Positions 29,755-39,711 of a stretch of 64,000 nt of DNA are shown here, one piece after another. The notes beneath the pieces were generated by a model that worked only from the letters and a program-made list of their open reading frames with translations, searched no databases and was not told the DNA's origin. Each line of letters begins with the position of its first letter. Positions within the stretch are counted from its first letter, which is position 1. The translations under genes and the position numbers were made by a program. This stretch comes from Planctomycetota bacterium (GTDB taxonomy: Bacteria > Planctomycetota > UBA8108 > SXIK01): contig OZ244999.1 in assembly GCA_965223265.1 (NCBI GenBank), positions 7,680,001 to 7,744,000 on the forward strand, in the 5' to 3' direction.

Positions 29755-32700
29755 ATGAGCCGCCATCCGACGCGCTGTCTTCGTCGCCTTACGTTTGCCA
29801 TTTCGCTTGCCCTTCTCAGCTTGCCGTTTGAGATTCGCGCCGCGGGGGTGATCGATCGCGTCGCCGGGGGCGATCTGACCGAGGCGCTCGACCCGCTGAA
29901 CGCCGGTCTGGAGCTGCGCGCCGTGGCGACGCGTCCGGACGGCACGTTTCTCGTTGCCACCGCCGACGCCCTCTTTTCGCTGCAGCCGGATCTCCTTTCA
30001 CCTCTGAACCTCTCGGACGCGGACGTCGGCCCATTCGAATCGATCGAGGACCTGGTAGCTGACTCCAGCGACAACCTCTGGATCGCTGACAGCTCGCGCC
30101 GGCAGGTTCTACGCGTGAGCGACCTCGGCGCTGGCATACTCGAAGTCGTCGCTGGAAGCGGCGGCGACGGCAACGTGGTCGACGGCTCACCGGCACTTGA
30201 CGCGCCGCTCGGCGACATCGCCGCGATCGCCGTGAGCGCAGACGGCACCCTCTACATAACGGACAACGGCCACCGCCGCATCTGGGCCGTCGCTGGCGGC
30301 ACGATCACGGCCGCGGCTGGGGACGGCACCGCGCCGACGGCGGATGACCTGGTCACTTTCGCCGAGGCCCCCGCCGTCACTGTCGCTCTCGGAAAGGTCG
30401 TCAGTCTCGCGGTCGAAGGTACGCTCTTATGGGCCGCCGACGCCACAAGGAGCGCTCTTGTCGCGATTGACCTGTCCACCGGCGACGCTACAGCGTTCGA
30501 GACGTTCGCTCCCGGCGCTAACGAGGAAGACCCGCCAACGCCCTTCGCGTTCCGCGGCCTCAGAGAGATCGCCCCGACCGGCGACGGTCGGCTCTTCGTG
30601 GTCGACGTGATCTGCAGTGCCGACGACGCCGCGTGCGCCGCCGATCGAGGCGCAGGGGACGAGCTCATTTCTGTGGATACGGCCAGCGGCCTGGTCGCGA
30701 CAGTTGCCGGCGGTGGTCAGCCTGACGATGGAGTCGGCGATGGCTCCGACCCAACGGCGGCGCAATTCGGCGACACCCGCGACATCGTTCTGCTCAACGC
30801 GGAACTCTTGACTCTTGTCGACGGCCTGAACCTCCGCCTGCGGTCGATCGATTTGGCAACGCCGGCGGTCTCGACCCTCCTTGGTAACGGCGCTCCGCGC
30901 TTTGGAGGCGACGGCGGAACCGCTCTCGATGCGCTTCTTGCTTGCCCAAGCGACGCCACACTGCTCGACTTCGCGACACTTCTCGTGGCTGACACCAACA
31001 ACGATCGCATTCGAGTCGTGGACCTCAGCGCCGCCACCATCGACACGTTCGCCGGAGGGGGACAGCCGGCGGATGGCATCGGCGACGGAGCGGTGCCGAC
31101 AGACGCCCGCCTCCAGACCCCACAAGGCGTCTGGGCGGACAGAAACGGCGAAGTCTGGATCGCCGACAGCGGTGCCGGCCGCATTCGTGTCATTGACTCC
31201 GAACGGACTTCGGTGAGAACAGTTGCAGGCGGCGGTGACGTCGACATCGCAACACTCGGCGCAGCGCCGGCACTCGACGCCAAGCTGTCCGAGCCGGTCG
31301 CCGTCTTAGCCCTGGAAGATGGCACATTCTGGGTTGCGGACGCCGGCGCCGCACGCGTCTACCGCGGCTCCGAAGGGGGGGAGCTGGTCACCGTTGCCGG
31401 CGGCGGTAGTGTCGAACGTGACGAGGTGCCGGGAACGGAGACCCGACTCCGGCGACCTACCGCTTTGGCACGCGACCAACTCGGCAACCTCTACATCGCC
31501 GATGAGGAAATCGGCGTTATCCTGCGCCTCGACATCGATGGGATCATCTTCGTCGAGCTGGGTAGCGGTGGCACCCGACCCGACCCGACCGTCATTCTCC
31601 CGGCCGCCGCTGTTCGCCTCGATCGGCCGAGTGGGCTCGTGATCGACAGTCTCGGAACTCTCTGGATCAGCGACAGCGAGGCGCACAGAGTCTATCGATA
31701 CAACTTCGTCCGCGACCAAGTCCAAGTCATCGCGGGCATCGGCAGTCCGGGTGACAGTGGCGACGGCGGTCCGGCAGCCTTGGCAGAGATTCATTCGCCG
31801 CTTGGCATGGCGGTACAGCCCGGCGGTCGCAGAATGTTCTTTGCCGACAAGAACAACAACGCGGTCAGACGCGTTGACCTCGTGGTTCTCGACCCAGTGC
31901 TGACCATTGATCCGACGTCGGGCAGCGTCGACGGAGGCGATCCGGCGCGCCTCGACAGCGATCAGCCGCTACCGAACGATGCTGAAATTTTCTTCGGCAC
32001 AACACTCGTAACCGATGTCGTCAGTCGTGAAGAAACTTCGATCACCTTCCGCACTCCCGTCGGCGAGATCCCGGTAGATACGGTCGACGTGACCGTCGCC
32101 ATCGGTGGGACGCGTTTCGCCGCCGGCACTTACACGTACTTGAACGAGCCCCCCGTAGCCATTGCCCACCCCGACGGCCCCGGCGCCGGGTATGCGGTCA
32201 ACACCGGCGCCGCTCTGATCCTCGACGGCACTGCGTCGTTTGATCCCAACTCGGCCGCCGGCGATAGCGTCGTGCGCTACGAATGGAATCTGAGCACAAC
32301 CCCGACGGTCGACCGCGAGGGCGCGATGGTGACGCTCAGCGCCGAAGAGCTTGCCAGCCTCGGACTCGGTCAGCCCGGGTTTTACTCCGTGACGCTACGT
32401 ACCACGGACGCCAGCGGCGATGTCAATGAGGACACTGCGTCCATTCGCGTCGCCGACATTCAACTGGACGAGACGATGGGAAGCGTCAATGGCGGGTTCC
32501 CGATCTTCATCCGCGGACCCGGCCTCCAAGGCGTCACCTCAATCCTTTTTGACGGTCGACCCGGACTCGATCTCGCGGTGTTCGACCCAGAGATCGTGCG
32601 CATCACTGTACCGACCGGCACGGTTCCCGTCGGGCCAGTCGACGTCACATTCGTCTTCGACTCAGGAAACGTCGTGCTCCCGGACGCGTTCACATACACC

Positions 32701-35700
32701 AACGACCCACCGATTGCGCGTGCCATCGGGCGCGAGGATGGCAGCTCCTACAGCATTCGCATTGGCGACTCGCTGTTGCTCGATGGCAGCCGATCATCCG
32801 ATCCGAACGACGTCGCAGGGGACTTCGTCGCTCGCTACGCCTGGGACCTCGACGGCGACGGGAGGTTCGATCGACGCGGCGCGAAGGTGCGACTGACGCC
32901 CGAAGAGCTCAAGTCTTTCGGTCTGGCGCAGGCCCGCGAGTTTATCGTCACACTTCGAGTGCTCGACACCATGGACGCCGAAGACACGGACTTAGCGACG
33001 GTCGAAGTCAAACCGAGCGCACAGAGCTTTCCCAACGAGGACTTCAGCGACTGGGAAGGCGACGAGGACGGTAACAAGATCGACGATGCACTCGACGAGA
33101 AGGAGCCCGCCGAGTTAGTCGACGTTGTGGTGGTGTTTGACGCTGGCACGAATCTCAACAACGCAGCGACGCGACTGGCGCCGCTGAGCGCGACGCCGCC
33201 AACCCTGATACCGCTCATCTCCGCGCTTTGCCTGCAGGGCGTCGAAGCCGGTGCTTTGAAGGCCGCGCTAGCGGCCGAGGGCGAACTCTTTCGCGCCGAG
33301 GAAGACATTCTCATCGAGCCTGACGTCGATATCAGCGCAGCCTCCATCCGCGCGCACGCCAGCACGCTCTTCAGCCCAGAGACCGCCGAGGATCTGGGCG
33401 TCACCGGCGCCGGGGTCAACATCGCCGTCCTCGACAGCGGCGTAGACGACGAGCACGTGGCGTTCACCGGAAAATTCGTCGCTGGCTTCAACGCCTTCGT
33501 CGACAACCCAGCCGCGCTCGGCAGCCAGTCCAACCCCGACGACGACCTCAGCTTCGGGTCGATCTTTCACGGTACGCACACGGCCGGCGTCGCGCTCGGT
33601 AGCGACGCCAGCTTCCGCGGCGTGGCTCCGGGTGCCAAGCTGATCGATGTCAAAGTGCTCAACAGTCTCGGTCAGGGAAGCTCAGGCTCGCTTCTCGCCG
33701 GTATCCAATGGTGCATCAACAACAGAAACCATGCCTGGGCCGGAGAGTCCGCGGAGCACCACGGAATTGACATTCTCAGTTTTAGCCTCGGCAGCAAGAA
33801 ACGCAGTGATGGCAAGGATGTCATCAGCATGGCTGTTGACGCTGCGGTCGCACAGGGTCTCGTCGCAGTGGCATCGGCGGGAAACACTGGCAGCACGCAA
33901 TCCGGGTTCGGTACGCCCGGCGCCGCCGATGGTGCAATCACCGTCGGTTCGACGGACGATGGCGGCACGGTAGACCTCGACGACGACGTTCTCGCACCCA
34001 GAACAAACTTCGGGCCGCGGCTCGATGACGGGGACGCCGACTTTATCGATGAGCTCAAGCCGGACCTGGTGGCGCCGGGGGTTGCGATCAACGCGCCCCT
34101 GGGAAACATCAACCCATTGCCCGCGGTCGGATTTCGCGAACACACGGGCAGCTCGATCGCGTCGGCGCACGTCGCTGGTGTCGCCGCACTCATCCTCGAG
34201 CTGTCACCTGATCTCGACCCAGCGTCGGTCAAAAGCGTCATCCGAAACACCGCGGAGCCGCGTGGCACGCCGTTCGATGTCGATCTCGACCCAACGTGGA
34301 ACGTCAGCTGGGGTAAGGGAATCGTTGACGCGTTCGCGGCGCTGCCGACCGACCTGGGTGCGGTCAATGCCGTCTGGGTGTCGAGCTCGCTCGACGACAA
34401 CGTCATCGCGATCGATCCGGCAGACCCAACACCTCCGGGCGGTGGCGGCGGTAGTCACACTCTCGGTGGTGGACGCGAGCCGGTGGGGATTAGCGTCGAC
34501 GGCAGCGGCGGTGTGTGGCTCGCGTGCCGTCGCAACGCGACGATCACGAAGCTGAACTCGGTCGGTCAAGTACGATTCGCCGTCGACCTTGGTGCGGCGA
34601 TCGGCGCGCTCCCTGACGTCGACCTCTTTGGCGTCGCGGCTGACAAAGACGGCAGCGCGTGGCTGACACTCGAAGACGCCGGTGTGATTGTTCGAGTCAA
34701 CTCGATCGGTGTCGTCGACGCGGCGTTCTACCCGGCCGGCGTCGATCCCGTTGCCATTGCCGTCGATGCGGACGACAACAAGTGGATCGCCAACTCCGGC
34801 GGCAGCAACGTCACGAAGCTGGACGCGGCGGGAAGCGAGGTCGTGGGTTCACCATTCGCAGTTCAGAACGAACCCAACGGCATCGTCTGCGATCGCGATG
34901 GACGCGTCTACGTCGCCAACCGTGGCTCAGACTCCGTCACGATCTTGGAAGGCGACGGCACTCTCGTGGGACACTTTCCCGCCGGCTTGAAGCCGATTGA
35001 GATCACCCTCGACTTCGACGGCAATATCTGGGTCTCGAACGATTTGCAGCTGAGCGTGACGCGGTTGCAGGCAGATGGGAGTGATCCGCAGACGTTCACG
35101 GTGGGCGCCGCACCGCGCGGCATCACCACTGCTGGCGATGGTACGCTCTGGGTCTCGATTCACACCGTCGGCGTCGGGGAACTCGTCAAACGGATCGACA
35201 CGGACGGAAACGTTCTCGACTCGATCGGCGTCGGTCTCGCTCCGATCAATCGCGGCGATGGCTCGGGGTTCGTGCACGCCAACTCGGTCGATCCGCTAGG
35301 TGACGCGGATGATGACGGCTGGGCAAACGGTGACGAGATCGATGCGAAGGCGAACCCCTTCGACGCATCGTCGCACCCTGTGACTGTCACAAGCCTGAGC
35401 CCGGCGAGCGGCTCCGTCAGCGGCGGCACGATCGTCCGCCTCGAAGGCAGTGGACTCGATCCAGGTCTAGAAGTCTTCTTTGGCGGCGCACCCGCTACGG
35501 TCGAATCGGCGAGCGGCGATGCAGCCGACGTGAGAACGCCGTTCGGCGCCTTTCCTCCGGACGGTATCCCGGTCGATGTGCTGGTGCAGTTCGGTCCGTC
35601 CGGCGGTTTGACGCTTGTCGACGCCTACACTTTCCTCAACGACCCGCCGATCGCCGATCCGGATATCGATCCAGAAAATGACGGTTACTTTATCTTCGTC

Positions 35701-36219
35701 GGGGACGACCTCGAACTCGACGCGTCGGCGTCGACCGATGTCAACGCACTGCTCGGCGATAGCATCGTCCGGTTCGAGTGGGACCTGAACGGCAACGCCG
35801 TCCTCGGATCTCAAGTCACCGTCACCGCGGCCGAACTGACGACGTTCGGCATGGGGGCGGTCGGAGTCTATCCGCTCATGCTGACTGTGGAAGATTCCCT
35901 TGGAGCCGAATCGAGCGAAACCGTCGACCTGAACGTAGTGGTCCCACAGCTCAACTTTGTTCGCGGTGACGCCAACCAAGACACCAAGATCGACATCTCC
36001 GACGCGATCTTTCTTCTCAACTGGCTCTTCACTGCCGACAGCGGCGAGCCGCCGTGTCATGAAGCCGCAAACTTCAACGCCGACGTTCAACTCGACATCG
36101 CCGACGCAATCTTTCTCATCAACTTTTTGTTTGTTGGTACGCGGCAGCCCTTTGATCCGTATCCGAATTGCGGCATCGGCATCTCTGAGGTGGGCTGCTT
36201 GAGCTCTGTCTGCCCTTAA
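29755..36219 (+). CDS. Giant surface protein: NHL propellers, IPT/TIG and PKD domains, S8 subtilase, Vgb-like propeller, dockerin-like C-terminus
   Basis: IADSS/VADTNNDRIR NHL repeats; GSVNGG TIG; S8 triad AVLDSG, HGTHTAG, GSSIASAHVAG; FVRGDANQDTKIDISDA. Confidence 0.9.
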   Translation: MSRHPTRCLRRLTFAISLALLSLPFEIRAAGVIDRVAGGDLTEALDPLNAGLELRAVATRPDGTFLVATADALFSLQPDLLSPLNLSDADVGPFESIEDLVADSSDNLWIADSSRRQVLRVSDLGAGILEVVAGSGGDGNVVDGSPALDAPLGDIAAIAVSADGTLYITDNGHRRIWAVAGGTITAAAGDGTAPTADDLVTFAEAPAVTVALGKVVSLAVEGTLLWAADATRSALVAIDLSTGDATAFETFAPGANEEDPPTPFAFRGLREIAPTGDGRLFVVDVICSADDAACAADRGAGDELISVDTASGLVATVAGGGQPDDGVGDGSDPTAAQFGDTRDIVLLNAELLTLVDGLNLRLRSIDLATPAVSTLLGNGAPRFGGDGGTALDALLACPSDATLLDFATLLVADTNNDRIRVVDLSAATIDTFAGGGQPADGIGDGAVPTDARLQTPQGVWADRNGEVWIADSGAGRIRVIDSERTSVRTVAGGGDVDIATLGAAPALDAKLSEPVAVLALEDGTFWVADAGAARVYRGSEGGELVTVAGGGSVERDEVPGTETRLRRPTALARDQLGNLYIADEEIGVILRLDIDGIIFVELGSGGTRPDPTVILPAAAVRLDRPSGLVIDSLGTLWISDSEAHRVYRYNFVRDQVQVIAGIGSPGDSGDGGPAALAEIHSPLGMAVQPGGRRMFFADKNNNAVRRVDLVVLDPVLTIDPTSGSVDGGDPARLDSDQPLPNDAEIFFGTTLVTDVVSREETSITFRTPVGEIPVDTVDVTVAIGGTRFAAGTYTYLNEPPVAIAHPDGPGAGYAVNTGAALILDGTASFDPNSAAGDSVVRYEWNLSTTPTVDREGAMVTLSAEELASLGLGQPGFYSVTLRTTDASGDVNEDTASIRVADIQLDETMGSVNGGFPIFIRGPGLQGVTSILFDGRPGLDLAVFDPEIVRITVPTGTVPVGPVDVTFVFDSGNVVLPDAFTYTNDPPIARAIGREDGSSYSIRIGDSLLLDGSRSSDPNDVAGDFVARYAWDLDGDGRFDRRGAKVRLTPEELKSFGLAQAREFIVTLRVLDTMDAEDTDLATVEVKPSAQSFPNEDFSDWEGDEDGNKIDDALDEKEPAELVDVVVVFDAGTNLNNAATRLAPLSATPPTLIPLISALCLQGVEAGALKAALAAEGELFRAEEDILIEPDVDISAASIRAHASTLFSPETAEDLGVTGAGVNIAVLDSGVDDEHVAFTGKFVAGFNAFVDNPAALGSQSNPDDDLSFGSIFHGTHTAGVALGSDASFRGVAPGAKLIDVKVLNSLGQGSSGSLLAGIQWCINNRNHAWAGESAEHHGIDILSFSLGSKKRSDGKDVISMAVDAAVAQGLVAVASAGNTGSTQSGFGTPGAADGAITVGSTDDGGTVDLDDDVLAPRTNFGPRLDDGDADFIDELKPDLVAPGVAINAPLGNINPLPAVGFREHTGSSIASAHVAGVAALILELSPDLDPASVKSVIRNTAEPRGTPFDVDLDPTWNVSWGKGIVDAFAALPTDLGAVNAVWVSSSLDDNVIAIDPADPTPPGGGGGSHTLGGGREPVGISVDGSGGVWLACRRNATITKLNSVGQVRFAVDLGAAIGALPDVDLFGVAADKDGSAWLTLEDAGVIVRVNSIGVVDAAFYPAGVDPVAIAVDADDNKWIANSGGSNVTKLDAAGSEVVGSPFAVQNEPNGIVCDRDGRVYVANRGSDSVTILEGDGTLVGHFPAGLKPIEITLDFDGNIWVSNDLQLSVTRLQADGSDPQTFTVGAAPRGITTAGDGTLWVSIHTVGVGELVKRIDTDGNVLDSIGVGLAPINRGDGSGFVHANSVDPLGDADDDGWANGDEIDAKANPFDASSHPVTVTSLSPASGSVSGGTIVRLEGSGLDPGLEVFFGGAPATVESASGDAADVRTPFGAFPPDGIPVDVLVQFGPSGGLTLVDAYTFLNDPPIADPDIDPENDGYFIFVGDDLELDASASTDVNALLGDSIVRFEWDLNGNAVLGSQVTVTAAELTTFGMGAVGVYPLMLTVEDSLGAESSETVDLNVVVPQLNFVRGDANQDTKIDISDAIFLLNWLFTADSGEPPCHEAANFNADVQLDIADAIFLINFLFVGTRQPFDPYPNCGIGISEVGCLSSVCP

Positions 36220-36557
36220 CAGCCCGTTGAAAAAGTGCTTCGAGCTCAAAAATCTTGTCGCTCGCGTCCAGATCGGCGGCCACCAACGTGGGCCATCTCG
36301 CCATCTTCTAGCGCGGCCATAGGGAGCAAACGACACCGAAAAGCGCGTGCGACCTTGGGCGTTTTCGTGCACGCAAAGCTCTTACGATTTCGCGAAAGAA
36401 GCGTCAGAGGACATTGGCGCGCACGCAACTTCAGGACTCGTGGTAGAAACCCGCGAGAGATGCGGGTAAACCTGATCGTCACGTGGCAGGCGACTGAATC
36501 GCCGCCGCGCTCGCGCTCATCGAACTCCGCCTCGATCTGACTCATTGGAGATCTCGT

Positions 36558-37979
36558 ATGCACCGTTCGGCGACCATCACCTTCTTCGCGCTTGTGACCT
36601 TCGGCAGCGGCGCCTGCACCGCTGCGCCACCCGAGCTGGCATCCCGTACCGTACTCGACACCTATGTGCACGCCTCCGATCCTGCCTATCGCTGGACGCT
36701 GGAGAGTCGGCGCCAAGAAAACGGCGTGACGGCGTTCGTGATCGACCTGCGCTCGCAGACATGGCTCAGCACAAAAGAGGTCGACAAGCCGGAGTGGCAA
36801 CACTGGCTGACGATCGTCCGCCCTGACACCCTCGCGAGTGACAAAGCCCTTCTGATCATTGGCGGTGGCTCCAATGGTCGGGGGACTCCCAACCGCATCG
36901 ACAAAATGGCACACAAGATTGCGCTCGCCACACGCTCTGTCGTCGTCGAGCTGCGCACGGTACCGAACCAACCACTCGTCTTCAAGGGAAGCGACGGCAA
37001 ACCACGCTATGAGGACGACCTCATCGCGTTTGCGTGGACGAAATTCTTCGCCACCCGTGACCACCGTTGGCTGCCACGGATGGCCATGGTCAAGAGCGCC
37101 GTCCGCGCGATGGACGCGATCCAGGAGTTCATGAAGAGCGACGACGGAGGTGGAATCGACATCAACAGCTTCGTCGTCGCCGGCGGCTCGAAACGCGGCT
37201 GGACGACGTGGCTGACCGGAGTGGTCGACGAACGCGTCATCGCGATCGCTCCCATTGTCATTGACGTTCTCAACGTCGAACCGTCGATGCGCCACCACTA
37301 CGCAGCCTACGGATTCTGGGCGCCAGCGATTCAAGACTACGTCAATCACAACGTCATGGAGAGAACCGGCAGCCCTGAGATGCAGGCGGCGCTCGATTTG
37401 GTGGATCCCTATTCCTATCGCCATCGGCTCACGCTGCCGAAATTCTTGATCAACGCCACTGGCGATCAGTTCTTCTTGCCGGATTCGTCGAAGTTCTACT
37501 GGTCGGGACTGCGCGGCGAAAAACACGTGCGCTACGTGCCCAACGCCGATCACGGCCTCAAGGGAAGTGACGCGCCTGAAAGCCTCGCGGCGTTCTATCA
37601 CGCTGTCATCACTGGGAAAGAACGCCCCAAGTTCGATTGGACGATCCTCCCGGACGGCTCGATTAAGGTGGAGACGGAAGATCAACCGAAAGCGGTCAAC
37701 CTCTGGTGGGCGATTAACCCGGAGACGCGAGATTTCCGCCTCGAGACGATTGGCAAGGTCTGGAAGAGCGCGCCGCTGACGGCAAAGAAACAGGGCGTCT
37801 ACGTCGCAGAGGAGCGAAGGCCACCAAAGGGTTGGAAAGCGTTTCTTGTCGAGCTGGTTTTCGACAGCGGTGGGGTGGCTCCTTTCAAATTCACGACCGG
37901 AGTGAGCGTGCTACCCAACACGCTCCCGCACGCTGAAGCAGCCGCGAAGATCGGCAGTCAGAGTTCCTCAACCGACTAA
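36558..37979 (+). CDS. PhoPQ-activated pathogenicity-related protein PqaA / AprA-like family hydrolase
   Basis: SQTWL, WQHWL, VPNQPL, EDDLIA, AGGSKRGWTTW, VDPYSY, GDQFFLPD, VPNADH. Confidence 0.88.
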   Translation: MHRSATITFFALVTFGSGACTAAPPELASRTVLDTYVHASDPAYRWTLESRRQENGVTAFVIDLRSQTWLSTKEVDKPEWQHWLTIVRPDTLASDKALLIIGGGSNGRGTPNRIDKMAHKIALATRSVVVELRTVPNQPLVFKGSDGKPRYEDDLIAFAWTKFFATRDHRWLPRMAMVKSAVRAMDAIQEFMKSDDGGGIDINSFVVAGGSKRGWTTWLTGVVDERVIAIAPIVIDVLNVEPSMRHHYAAYGFWAPAIQDYVNHNVMERTGSPEMQAALDLVDPYSYRHRLTLPKFLINATGDQFFLPDSSKFYWSGLRGEKHVRYVPNADHGLKGSDAPESLAAFYHAVITGKERPKFDWTILPDGSIKVETEDQPKAVNLWWAINPETRDFRLETIGKVWKSAPLTAKKQGVYVAEERRPPKGWKAFLVELVFDSGGVAPFKFTTGVSVLPNTLPHAEAAAKIGSQSSSTD

Positions 37980-38050
37980 GGTTGTAGCCCGCCGCTCTCG
38001 CGAACCGCGGTGAGGCCGAAACGACCACTTCGAACTGAGAGCAAACGACG

Positions 38051-39667
38051 ATGACAATGCGTCAAGTGACGCGGTGGCTGCCGGTCGTCCTCGTGGGCGC
38101 GGCCAGCGTCTATGTCACCTGGACCTGGTTCGTCCTCGACACGCAGCGGCAGAACAAAGTCCTTGCCACGGGGGCGTGCGCGGTCCTGCTCGCTGCGGCG
38201 CTCCTGCTCTGGGCCGTTTTTCTTAGTGGGTGGCGCTGGCGGACGCGTGGAGTCCTAGTCGCGGGCGTCGTTGTTGGCGCGCTCGTCGCCGGCGCCTTGG
38301 TCCGCATCGACGGGGTCGACGGCGATCTGGTGCCCATCCTCGCTTGGCGATCCGCGCCGTCACATGACGCGCAGCTCGCGGCGGAAGCCGCCAGCGACAC
38401 TGCCGCGGGCGCCAAGGCAGTCACCGGCGGACAGAGCACCAAGGCGAGTGGGGAGACGAGTGATGTCCAGTCCCGCCCGCGCGCAGTCACCCTGAATGAC
38501 TACCCGCAATTCCTCGGGCCCGAGCGACGCGGCACGGTCCAGGGCGTTCGCCTCCGCCGCGACTGGAGTGACCCGCCGCGTGAGTTATGGCGGCGTCCAG
38601 TCGGCGCCGGTTGGTCAGGGTTTGCCATTGCCGCTTCCATTGCAGTGACCCAGGAGCAGCGCGGCGATACGGAAATGGTTGCCTGTTACGACCTCCTTAG
38701 CGGTGAGCCGCTTTGGACGCATAGTGACGTAGCCCGATACGACACCGCCATCGGCGGCGTCGGCCCACGCGCGACGCCGACGGTGAATGCTAACCACGTC
38801 TACACGATCGGCGCGACGGGCCGACTCAACTGTCTGCGCCGCGACTCCGGAGACCTCGTCTGGACGCACGACATCTTCGCAGAACACGGCGGCAAGACAC
38901 CGGCTTGGGGTCTCAGCATGTCGCCACTCGTTCGCGACGACGTCGTGATCGTCGTTGCCGGTGGCCGCGAGGATTACTTTCTCGTCGGCTACGATGCGAC
39001 GAGCGGTGAGCTAGCATGGCACGCAGGCAACGAAAGGCTATCGTACAGCTCGCCGACTTTGATGACAGTCGCCGGCCGTTCGCAGCTCGTGCTCCTCAAC
39101 CACAAAAGCGTCACCGGACACGATCCAACCAGCGGCGCCCGCCTCTGGCGTGCGGAGTGGCCTGGAGGGCAACCGAAAGTCGCTCAACCGGTCCAGGTAA
39201 ACGCGGACGCGATCGTCGTCTCAAGTGGCTACGGCGTCGGCTGCGCACTCTACCGCATCGAGGCGACAGGTAGTGGCGAGTCGCAGAGCTTCTCCGTAAC
39301 GCAGGAGTGGAAGTCACTCAGCCTCAAGGCGAAGTTCACAAACTTCGTCCACAAAGACGGGTTCTTGTACGGACTCGACGATGGCATCATGACATGTGTC
39401 GATGTGGCGACGGGCAAGCGGCGCTGGAAGCGCGGTCGCTTCGGGCACGGGCAAATGATTTTGGTCGAAGATCTTCTTCTCGTGACCACCGAGAACGGCG
39501 AGGTTCTCTTGATCGCGCCGTCCACCGACTCCCTCGAGGAACTCGGACGATTTCGGTTCACCGACGGCAAGACTTGGAACTCGCCCGCATTCGCCGCGCC
39601 CTATCTACTCGTGCGGTCACACAAGGAAGTCGCCTGCTACGAGCTCCCGCTGCGTCAGAGCGACTGA
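38051..39667 (+). CDS. Membrane-anchored PQQ-like beta-propeller protein (planctomycete BamB-like family)
   Basis: Three N-terminal TM helices; YPQFLGPERRG, LWRRPVGAGWSG, GPRATP, SYSSP, TWNSPA. Confidence 0.85.
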   Translation: MTMRQVTRWLPVVLVGAASVYVTWTWFVLDTQRQNKVLATGACAVLLAAALLLWAVFLSGWRWRTRGVLVAGVVVGALVAGALVRIDGVDGDLVPILAWRSAPSHDAQLAAEAASDTAAGAKAVTGGQSTKASGETSDVQSRPRAVTLNDYPQFLGPERRGTVQGVRLRRDWSDPPRELWRRPVGAGWSGFAIAASIAVTQEQRGDTEMVACYDLLSGEPLWTHSDVARYDTAIGGVGPRATPTVNANHVYTIGATGRLNCLRRDSGDLVWTHDIFAEHGGKTPAWGLSMSPLVRDDVVIVVAGGREDYFLVGYDATSGELAWHAGNERLSYSSPTLMTVAGRSQLVLLNHKSVTGHDPTSGARLWRAEWPGGQPKVAQPVQVNADAIVVSSGYGVGCALYRIEATGSGESQSFSVTQEWKSLSLKAKFTNFVHKDGFLYGLDDGIMTCVDVATGKRRWKRGRFGHGQMILVEDLLLVTTENGEVLLIAPSTDSLEELGRFRFTDGKTWNSPAFAAPYLLVRSHKEVACYELPLRQSD

Positions 39668-39711
39668 GTCGAACCATCACGAGGCTCACCAAGGAAACCG
39701 ACGGAGTCACC

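Noticed and set aside
36321-36400. c-di-GMP-I riboswitch-like words (GCAAAC..GAAA..ACGCAAAGC) upstream of the PqaA-like gene
   Set aside because: Spacing is too long and the stem around GAAA does not pair; would need an Infernal hit to accept
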